Of a DNA stretch of 64,000 bases, positions 26,101 through 35,700 are shown in pieces; within the stretch, counting starts at the first letter, position 1; each line of letters starts with the position of its first letter. The DNA is from Paraspadella gotoi (Eukaryota; Animalia; Chaetognatha), in NCBI GenBank assembly GCA_051294375.1, contig CM119270.1, forward strand, positions 959,238 to 1,023,237, read 5' to 3'. The position numbers and the translations under genes are program-made. The notes beneath the pieces were generated by a model that did not search any database, had not been told where the DNA came from, and saw only the letters and a list, made by a program, of their open reading frames with translations.

Positions 26101-28235
26101 CGCTGAACCACCAAGTGGAGGACGGAATTTTTAGTGAAAGAATTCGATTACCAAAGTAAAATGAACGAAGTTTATTTCAGTATAAATCTCGTAAGGAGAA
26201 TGCGGCGCGAGAAAAAAATAACAATGACTTTTATATGACTACTTTGTTTACAAAGTAGGAATGTGAAAGGGAATGGAATTATAGCCGAGAAATATATTGA
26301 CATTTTGCAAATTTACAGAATTCTTTTTCACGAACTTACGTAAGATCAATATTGAAGGAACTAAGAAACTTACAGTGACTTCAAAGGGACTCGTATTAAT
26401 TACTTGCGAACCAAGCACTTGGTTTAAATATGAACCAATTTAGTTTTGGAGTAGGTGAGCAATTGCCTGCATTTTGAATTCCTCAAGGGGAAAGATGAAT
26501 TATTGAAATTACACAAAGGCATTGCTTTATTCTTTCCCTCTAACAAACTTAATCGCGTTTGTGATACTTTCTCCGCTTTATTTTGTTGTAATAAGTAATT
26601 TTAAAAAAATTTTGTCTAAGGCGTTGAGAAAGCTATGGGGAATAATGTAAATTTCTACAATATGCAAGTGAGATAGAGGAACTCTCATCTTTACAACGTC
26701 AAACACCTTTTCAACCCNNNNNNNNNNNNNNNNNNNNNNNNTCAACCCAACCCCGCAAGGAGGAGGACATCCGCGAGCTGAAGAAGGCTCTCAAACTGAA
26801 GGCGGAGGAGTTGAGCGCCCAGCACGTCCGCGTGGGGATGCTGGAGAAGAAGCTGGAGACGGCGAGTCGAGATCACGATTCGCGAGTGGAGAGGATCCAG
26901 CGGAAGCTCGATGAGGCCGTCCTGCAGCAGCAGAAGGACAAGAAGACCAACGAGGAGACACTGGACGCGTTGCAGGTTTGAGAGGAGTGGGGAAAAGATG
27001 AGAGGAGGTNNNNNNNNNNACCATAAATTTAAAAAAATATTATTTAAATTTAATTACAAATAATAATCTGCGATTTATTATTGTTCAATTTAATTCAAAA
27101 TGAAGACTTGATAAGAAACTATAGTTGACCAAAAAAAACACCGATTTTTGTATTTCCGTCTATTGGCAACATTTCTTGAAAATGCTCTTTTTTTCTTTAT
27201 CTCTCTTTTTCTTTCTTTTAAGTTGCGCATTTTCAAGAAATGTTTTGTTTTATCTAGAGCGGAGCAAATTAAAAAACTGGCGCAAACTTTAATGGTTTTT
27301 TTTTATGTTGACCTTAGTTGGTTATTATTGGTTTTATCATCATTATTATTATTATTGATAGTTTTTATTCATGTTATTAATATATTTATTTCCCGATCCT
27401 CCAGGCGGACATCGACGCGTTGGAGAAAGAAAAAGCGGAGCTGAAGGAACGCCTCCGCGTGATGGGCAAACAAAAGCTGTTCGAAGGAATAAACCAACGC
27501 GTAGGTGGCGCATCGCCAATCGCCGCCGCCACCCTCGGTCTTCCCGCCTCCGTCGCCGCCTCCACACCGCCGGGCTCTCCTTCCGGCCACGGCGTCTCGA
27601 CCGGCTCCTTGTCTCTCAAGGAGGCGGCGGCGCAATCCGCCGAACTCGCCGATCTCCGCGAATCCTTACGTCTCGCTCGGCACGATAACTGGCGTCTCAA
27701 GTGCGACCGAATGCGGCGTCAATTCCAGGAGAAAATGACGCCGCTTCCACGCCTCTCGCGCGTCAACGCCGTCGGCGGCGAAGAAGACCTCGAGCGTCAA
27801 CGCCTCATGCGCAAATCAGAGTCGCTGCGCAAGGAGATCGTAGAGGCGAGCGTCGCTAAGATTCCCGACTTGTCCAAGCGAAAGCCGGGCGTCGAACCGA
27901 CCGCCGGTCGCACGCCGCTCGCAGAATACTACGACCGAACGGACAAGCTGCTGCGGCTGCACAGCGAAGCGGCATCGTTGCGCGCCGACGTGGCGCAGCT
28001 GGCGGCGGCGTCGCGTCCCGGCGCTCTCATCGAGGCCGACCTTTCCTCTTTTCCGACGCCGGAATTCGCGCGGACTTTCGGCGCCGTCTCTGCCGGCGAT
28101 GCCGGCGCTGTTTCCGCCGGCGACGTCCTTGTGGCGCGTGTGAGGCCACCCGGCGCTGATATGAAAGCGGCGCCGCGGAAATTGCTCGTCTCACGTGAGA
28201 CGCGAAGAGAGATTCACGCGCTGTTGGCTTTTTGA
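5172..28235 (+). CDS. DCTN1: Dynactin subunit 1 (p150Glued), about 15 exons
   Basis: Exon 1 (5172-5396) encodes a CAP-Gly domain ([31 protein letters not shown]). Coiled-coil exons follow: 5903-6380, 6445-6650, 6881-6970, 13263-13511 ([13 protein letters not shown]), 13756-13863, 14629-15036 ([23 protein letters not shown]), 15237-15408 ([16 protein letters not shown]), 22424-22653, 22848-23390, 23603-23722, 23851-23925, 24232-24366, 26760-26975, 27405-28235. Confidence 0.95.
5570..5661 (+). ncRNA. Twister ribozyme type P5 within a short retroelement (~5420-5715) in DCTN1 intron 1
   Basis: GTTGGC-AAA-GCGA-GA-CCG-TCctagGG-T^AA-CCGC-GC-CAGTGAC tggaggc GTCACTG-AGGG-TCGGAAGC-CCCC...GCCAAC. T1 is CGG:CCG (compensatory change); one mismatch each in P2 and P4. 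Predicted cut 5596/5597. Confidence 0.78.
6717..6809. repeat. Near-perfect ~93-bp palindrome (mini-MITE-like)
   Basis: AATTAGGAAATAAGTTTTTATT..AAAAACAACGAT / ATCGTTGTTTTT..AATAAAAACTTATTTCCTAATT; a related half-site is at ~55454-55490. Confidence 0.8.
7211..13210 (+). mobile_element. DIRS-type tyrosine-recombinase retrotransposon, frameshifted and rearranged, in DCTN1 intron 4
   Basis: RT ([36 protein letters not shown]; ~8800-9300), RNase H ([16 protein letters not shown]; ~9670-10000), DAM-like methyltransferase ([25 protein letters not shown]; ~10100-10330), tyrosine recombinase C-terminus ([14 protein letters not shown]; ~11270-11340). Inverted terminal repeats at ~7223-7365 and ~13047-13190, a further repeat copy at ~11426-11610, and a palindromic junction at ~12557-12639. 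Confidence 0.9.
15709..22050 (-). CDS. SLC22/organic-cation-transporter-like MFS transporter, nested antisense in DCTN1 intron 15409-22423
   Basis: Minus-strand exons translate to [11 protein letters not shown]..., [42 protein letters not shown]|RKPVIAG...[28 protein letters not shown]...[34 protein letters not shown]...QTE|[25 protein letters not shown]|TKNRKLPQT. These are the MFS D-x-x-G-R-K, PESxRW, FPTxxR and LPETK motifs. ATG at 22050; TAA at 15711-15709. Confidence 0.88.
16670..17039 (+). mobile_element. Helentron-associated (DINE-1/HINE-like) non-autonomous element, copy 1
   Basis: T-rich flanks, 5' hairpin GGATCTGC-taatca-GCAGATCC, (GTCC/GTCT)n microsatellite, 3' subterminal GCAGATCC; homologous to 53410-53835. 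Confidence 0.65.
17322..17473 (-). mobile_element. tRNA-derived SINE with a degenerate twister remnant
   Basis: Minus strand GGGTTCTCGCCCGGTGGCTGCCTCG..GTGGAATGG-GGCGTT-TAACCCGCC; alignable by eye to 57957-58056 and to the 34-kb unit. Confidence 0.6.
19587..19654 (+). ncRNA. Twister ribozyme type P5 (no P3) within a tRNA-derived SINE (~19495-19710)
   Basis: GCTGGT-TAAA-GTTT-GA-TGG-TGtcggCA-T^AA-ACAC-GC-CAGTG-ACATGG-TCCAAAGC-CCTG-A..GCCAGC. T1 CCA:TGG; B box GGTTCAATCCC upstream at 19565-19575. Predicted cut 19614/19615. Confidence 0.75.
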
Positions 28236-28637
28236 AGTGAAGAGAGAGGCTCACAAGATTGTGACACGATTTCATAAATCTTTGTCCTCTCTAGAGAGTA
28301 GTCCCCATATCTGGCTATTTTTAAATATTTAACGTATTTTATCGCAAGCCTAAAAAAAAAAATAAATAAAAAAAGTGATATTTTTTATTGGGTCGAACGC
28401 TTCAGTGTCTTTTTGTCTTCGCTTTTTGTGTTTTGATTCAGTTGTACACAAAATTCGTTCGTGCGAATTAAAAGTAATTTTAAAGAAATTGTGGCCATGA
28501 ATTCTTTTTTATCATCAGCCTTTTTAAATAACTTTTTTATTTCCACAGTCAGTTTAGATTTAGTATTAATTTTTTATACATATTCCATTTTTTCGAACAA
28601 TAAATTATTTATAAAACCAACTAAACAAAACAAAACT

Positions 28638-29649
28638 ATGAACGGAATGTCCCACGATTCGCCGTCGAATCAGAGACCCCAAAGCTCCGGCTCTAAAGCG
28701 TCTCCGCGTCCGGCCTCCGGAAATAAATCCGGCAAAAAATCCAGAGGCCGACGCCGGAAGAAATCGGCGGAGGCGCGAATGGCCGAGGGCGGAGAGGAAG
28801 GACCCGGCCCTCCGAGAGCCGCCCCGGCGCCGATGGACGTGCCTACGCAGGAGGGGCATCAGCAGTTGCCGTATCCACAACTTCGACAGCAACCACAGCC
28901 GCCGCATTCACTGCTTCGACAACAACCGCAGCAGCACCAACGCCCGAGAAACCAAAATCGTCATTCCCAGACTCCGGAACAACAACAGCATCGACGAAAT
29001 CATCAGGGGCAGTCGCGACAGCCCCATCATACTCAGTCGCGCCAGCAACATCACGCGCAGTCGAGGCAGCAGCGCCGCTTCGAGCCTCACTGGGAGCCGG
29101 AAAGGGTCGCGGCTGCCCTCGAGGCTGGCCAACTCGTTGAAGGGAACATCAGGGTGAATCCGAAAAACTACGAAGACGCTTACGTTCCTGATCCCAACGG
29201 GAAACATCAGGTGGGCGTGACGGGAGACGAATCCTGAATTAGGGATTGTAGTGTACTGAATAGGCGGTTGAAGACGACTGATTTTGATAATTCTTATCAG
29301 ATAAAAATAATCGATGGGAGACCTTGAGGCGAATCCAATTTTAACTTTTAAATAACCTGCAGTAAGTTTCTTTGACAGAAATAAAAACAAAAACCTGAGT
29401 CGTTTAAGTGCTAAAAAGAAAATATTATTACGAAACCTATAATTTATGTTTTAAACTTAATATAGTGAAAGACGTAGTCTTATGAAGTTACCTAAACAAA
29501 TAAATTATAAACCTTGTTTCACTTCAATATGCAAATTACATTTTTGCGTTTTCTTTCGTTTAGATTCACATGAATTTCCTCGACCGAAATCGCGCTCTTA
29601 ACGGAGATCGCGTCGCTGTCTTCATCAAAGACAAACGAGATTGGATTAT

Positions 29650-29728
<79 letters not shown>

Positions 29729-32700
29729 AAACTCGATTACCTTTTAGGTGGACGCCATCAAAGATCTTCTCCGAAAATCTCCCGAAAGATTTCCTCCGAT
29801 CGTTCTCAACGAAATAAAGAAACTCGCCGCGTCTTGGGACGACGACGAAGACAACGACAACAACAACGAATCTGGATTTAGCGAGAACGAAAACGTTTTG
29901 AACGAATCGACAACATCGACGACGACGTCTTCCACCAGCGGCGTTTCCAGCGACGAACCTGCCCACTTGCCGACGGCGCCGCCGCGGTCATCTCCGCCGC
30001 TCGGCGCTCAGCCCGCAGCCGCCGCAGCTGCCGCCGACCCCGCTCTTCCGCCACCTGCCGTCGATCGCGTCCGGGAGCAGCTGCCGCCGGAGATCCGCAG
30101 CCTCGTTGATAAGATGGAGAAGAGTTGGCGGGAAAACGGCGGCGCCTCGGCTGCTGCTGCTGCCGCGGCCGAAGATGCGACGCGGCGGCGGCGTCGAGAA
30201 GGTAGCTTCTCCGTGGAAAATAATTCTCTGGCCAACGCACTGCAGGGGACGCTGGAGACGCCGTCGGGACTTGCGTTCGTCGACCAGTTTCCGGACGACC
30301 TATTGCAGAAAACGGGAAAGGTTGTCTTCGTGTCTGAGGTGAGTTTATTATTATTTTTCTACTTTGGAAGACCTTCAATGAAGGTCCTTCATCAAAACTT
30401 TTTAATGTCAAATTGTTTATCCCAACTTTATTTTACTGGAACCTTATTTTACTCGAAAAATGAATGAGTCTGCCTAACTTTTACTCAACTCGGCTGCCAT
30501 ATGCCACGTCTCGGCTAACTTGGGACTTCGACTCGGCTAACTTGGCCCTGTTTATGGCCTGGTCATTACTAAATTGGGCCTGCCAATAGGCCTGGGTTTC
30601 AACTAACAATTTCTTCGATTCTTTTTCTCTTGTCTATTATTATCATCATCATTATTATTAACCAGGATCTCCTCCAACCCTCTCTAGCCCGTTCACACCC
30701 GCACGGCCATCGGCGTCCTCAAACCTCTCGCCGACGGAAATCGGAAGGCGGCGCTGTTTTCTCCCAAAGACCATCGCCTCCCGCGGATGCTCGTTCCCAT
30801 CGCCGACTGTCCCGCCGATTTCCTCGCCCGGCCAAACGATCACGCCAAGACTCTCTTCGTGGCCAAAGTGCTTGTAGAAAAAGGGGTGATGGGCACTGGG
30901 CAAGGGAGAATCTATCTCCGAACCCAGTAGAAGTCGCGGGCTTTTTGCCCTATTTCTGAACGGTCCTTTTAAAAGAGTAAGGAGCCGGTTAAACCACTAA
31001 CCATGTTCCGGAAAGGAAGGCAACTGAGCCCAAATTCTCCCCGACACCGTCAGAGGGGCATATCGACCCCTTCTCACTTAAGGATCTCGATTTTTTAATT
31101 AACTTTACTTTTACTTACTTTTTTACTTACTTTTCCTCGCTTTAGATTTCCGAGTGGAAGGAAACGTCGATGATGGCGCACGGTTGCGTCGTCAAAACTT
31201 TAGGAGACGCTGGTGAGGATTTGGGGGGAAACGGGGGAAGGCAGGAAATTGGGGGAGGTGGGGAATCCTTTAATTGGGGTGAGTAGTCTCACTAGTTCCA
31301 CCTCGAAAAGTCTTCTCTCTGTCTACTAACTTTAGGTCAAAGATCCCCCGTTTCAAAAATAACTAAATACTACTAAATTATTAATAAGATAAGTACTTCT
31401 TTATCGAGTTAAGAATGTATTGCATTGTGTTGACTATTTGTTAAAAAGGCGAGATAGAGCCGGAACACGAAGGCCTTCTCCTCGAACACGGATTCGACTC
31501 GGCCGACTTCGCCGACGACGTCCTCGACTGCCTTCCCTCTGTCGGGGACGACGAACAGTTTGACGTTCCCGAGGAAGTGATAAGGGAGAGGTCAGAGAGA
31601 GATATGGTTAGATTCCTAACGCGCTCGGAACTGGTCACCTTCCAATTTCCCCTCTTCAGATCCGCCAAGGGGTTCGACTTCCGCGCCAAGTGCGTCTTCT
31701 CCGTCGATCCGGCGACGGCTCGTGATCTCGACGACGCGCTCCACTGCGAATCCCTCGGCGACGGAGTCTTCGAAGTCGGCGTCCATATCGCCGACGTCTC
31801 CTACTTTGTCGAGTCCGGGACTCGGCTCGACGAGGTGGCGAGCCATCGCGCCACCAGCGTCTACATGGTCCACCGTATGATCCCGATGCTGCCGCGGCTG
31901 CTGTGCGAGCGGCTCTGCTCTCTGCAGCCGGGCGTCGACCGTCTCTCGTTTTCCGTCGTCTGGAGGATCAAGGAGAACGGGGAGATCTTGGACGAGCGAT
32001 TCGGGTCTTCGATCATCAGATCCTGCGCCAAGTTGGCCTACGAGCACGCCCAAGGCTTCATCGACGAGCCGAATCGAGAGTGGAAGGCCGAAGAATTGCC
32101 GGAAATTTCCGGTGGATGGACGTCGGTGGATCTCGCCGAGAAAGTCGGCAATCTCCAACGCATCGCTAAGAATCTGCGTCTCCAGAGATTCAAGAACGGA
32201 GCCCTCAGACTCGATCAGGTTCGGGAAGAAAGTCTCTCTGTCTGTCTTTCTTTCTTTCTCTTTTTCTCTCTCTGCTTCTTTTTGACTTTTTATTTGTCTC
32301 TTCTTCTGTTTCACATTCTCTGTTTTTCTCCAATTGACGATCCGGGGCCGCCCATAGATCAAACTCGCCTTCACTCTACATCCGGAGACCCGGATGCCGA
32401 TCGGTTATCGCGTCTACGATCACAACGACTCCCATCGCCTCATTGAGGAGTTCATGCTTCTCGCCAACATGGCCGTCGCTCATCGCCTCAACGAGTACTT
32501 TCCAGAGAAGGCGCTGCTAAGACGGTGAGGAGAGAGAGAGAGACTGACAGAGACAGAAAGAAAGCTCTTTCCGGGAATGGTGCTGCTCAGACAGTGAGGT
32601 TGAATTATAAGGAATTGTATCCCATTCCCTGTGGCTGCTGAGTTTTTCTATCGTTTGCAGAGAAATTTATTGTTGTTGGGTAGTGCGGGGTAATTCAGAA

Positions 32701-35700
32701 CACTGACATATAAAATGAAATAAACAAAATTGTTTAAAGATATTTTATAATTTTTTTTGCATTAAATGTTTCACCAACTTGACTTTCCATTATTCAAGTT
32801 AGAGCATTCCGCTGCTGCTGCTGCTGCTGCAGCAATTTCAAAGCTGCTCGTTTTTGAGTAATCGTTTTCAAGCCTCTGTCACAATCATATTTGACGTAAT
32901 ATGATTATGGAATATTAATATATGATAGACGAGTCGCCTAATTTTTAGTTATTGAATATCATATCATAACAGCGTGACTGCTCTCTGACGGGATGTGGTC
33001 ACGAATCCACAGTGAATAGGCAATGGGTTGATGAAGCGACACTCCTGAGAAAAGAGTTTTAATTGTCGACCACAAGGGGTGTTCTCCACACGAAGATGAA
33101 TAGGACGATGCACCACTGTTGGAGGGTGATTGTTGTGGGCGATTCCGGCGGGCGCCGGCCGGGCTTGAGAAGCACGAGACCCTCCAACGGGTGGACCACA
33201 ATGTCAGTTAACCACTCGGTCGACCACAATGTTGCCCACTGTGTAGGATCGGGGGACCAGAGATGTGGACGCGATCCGGAAAGCGTAAGCGAACACTGTG
33301 GAAGCGGCGATTTTTGAAGAACCCGAAACCGGGAGCGATAGAAAAATTGAGAATAAAGATTGAACCCGGAAGCTATAATAACCCTGCGTGTTCGCTTCCT
33401 GGTCATTTGTTTTTATTGGTTAGAAATGAAAGGTATTTAATGTATTAAAAATCTTTGCAACCCCCTGTTTTTCTTGATTTTTCTTATTAAAATTTTTTTT
33501 CAATATTTAAATTTGTTTGTTCTTATTTTTTTATTCACTTTTTTCTTATTCTCTTCTTTTATTTTTGGTTTTTCTTTTGTATTCTCTTCCTCTTGGTCGA
33601 GAATCTATGAAAAAAATTACATATTTATTTTTTTAATTATCTTTTTAATATATTAAATTAAAATCTGAGCTGAAACAAATATTTTTTCTATCTGAAAAAA
33701 AACTGTAATTATAAGTTAAATTAAAAATATAAATGAAAATTTTTTAATTCTATAAAACTAAAAAATTATTTTTTATATTTTTGTTATTTTTTTTTTTAAT
33801 TTAAGACTACCAAACAAGTTTGAGCAACAATGCCGGATCTGCCCACGATCATTATCGGATAATTAATTTAGTTGAAAAATAATAAATTATTTAATTATTA
33901 CATTCTGGTGGTCCTATCACCACAGATGGATTAAAGCTGTTTCTTTCACAGCGCCTCAGTGGCTCAGTGGACTAATGCACCCTCCAATTGTCGTCCCTGG
34001 TTCGAGCCCTGAGGTTGTCATGTAGAAAGTGGGATGGACCGGGTAACCCGCCTGTAGGCATGGGCCTACTGCCAGATCCAAAGCTCTGGACTACATGAAC
34101 ATGCTGTCTCGCTGTCCCCACGAGGTGACACCGCTGCGGGTGTGGCGCCCTGTAAAACCAGCCTCAATGGTGAGCCCGACGTGATACGAACACGCAACCA
34201 ACCGGGATGATAATACTCCTCTGCCTTGATGTGGTTTGAGCTACGCAGCTGCCACTCAAAGCAGGCCACCAGAATGAAGAGAGGTTCAGCGGAGAGACAT
34301 GCGCTTCATCCCCCTGCTTCGTACTCTCATATGCGAGAGTCCTGGGGGCGGCTGTCTGTGGTCCTATCACCACAGATGGATTAAAGCTTTTCTTTCACAG
34401 CGCCTCAGTGGCTCAGTGGACTAATGCACCATCCCAATGTGCGTCCCTGGTTCGAGCCCTGAGGTTGTCATGTAGAAAGTGGGATGGACCGGGTAACCCG
34501 CCTGTAGGCATGGGCCTACTGCCAGATCCAAAGCTCTGGACTACATGAACATGCTGTCTCGCTGTCCCCACGAGGTGACACCGCTGCGGGTGTGCGCGCC
34601 CTGTAAAACCAGCCTCTTCAACATATTTATTAATTAAAAGAATAACATCGAACATTTGGCAGCTCAAATGATTTGAACAAAGACGATAACGACGACGAAT
34701 ATATGACGAAGACAACCCGTAGTACAGTAGTGGTCAATAAGAATGACCTGTTCATACCCAACCTTATTATGGCTAACCTAATGTAAATACTAGTTGTTAT
34801 TATTTTATCATTTTTGCTTGTTTGTTTTTTCGTTTTTTTTATATAATTATGACAAAAGAAATGACGACCATGATGATGATGACGAGGAAACACCGTCATG
34901 ATTAATGAATAATTGATTGATCAATTAAATGAAATTCATATCAGGCCTGTTAGTTTTTAGGTCTTTTCGTCAGGTCACTGACCAAGACAAAAGCAAAAAC
35001 GACGTTGGAGATGACGACAATGTTAATACTGACATTGTTTAATTGATTAATTGATTAATTAATTAATTGGTTCTTTTAATAATTTATTGATAAATAAATT
35101 TTTAATTAGTGAATGTTAAATTAATTGATTAATTAAATTATTGATAAATAAAAAAATTGATTCATTAATTTTTTGATTGATTAGTTGATTAGTTAATTGA
35201 TTGATTGATTAATTGATTAATTAAATAATTAATGCAGTTTGTATTTACATTTAATAAAAGAAAAAAGCAAATATGAAACAGGTTTTTTTTTAATTTAAAT
35301 TTATTTCCACAAAAACGATTCTTACAATCTTACAATTTTTCATAGTAAAAATTTTACTTGTTAAGATTGTTTAAAATTATTCTACCAATGAATTACATGT
35401 CTAAAGAGAATATTTTTTTAAATAATAAAAAATGTAAAATTTATAAAAGAAGGAAGCGATGTGCACTCGAACCGAAAGCGATCCGGGCTAAAAAAGTAAG
35501 GATTGCACCCGAAAACGGGAGCGGGAGGGGCTTGGAAGCGCCGCGCGGATTGGCAGCGGCGGAAAAATCGATCGCTTCCACATCTCTGCGGGGGACGCCA
35601 TCCTAGATTAGACAACACTCGAACGCGTTCTTTCTTATTAACACGAAGCTCACAAGGCTGTAAAACTGACTACAATAATATTAATTAATAATCATTGTAT

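Larger units (their letters stand above)
33908..34616 (+). mobile_element. Tandem 450-bp tRNA-headed retroelement (about 1.6 units) with a twister ribozyme motif in each unit; retrozyme-like
   Basis: Near-identical direct repeat starting at 33908 and 34358. Pol III A box TGGCTCAGTGG (33960-33970) and B box GGTTCGAGCCC (33999-34009), immediately followed by the twister motif. Confidence 0.85.

Noticed and set aside
32959-33406. GC-richer ORF-like patch inside the 32.7-36.5 kb TIR element
   Set aside because: All frames are short or interrupted and no transposase or other motif is recognisable.
33951-34017. tRNA gene
   Set aside because: A and B boxes are present but there is no proper acceptor or anticodon stem and no terminator; it is a SINE-type head.
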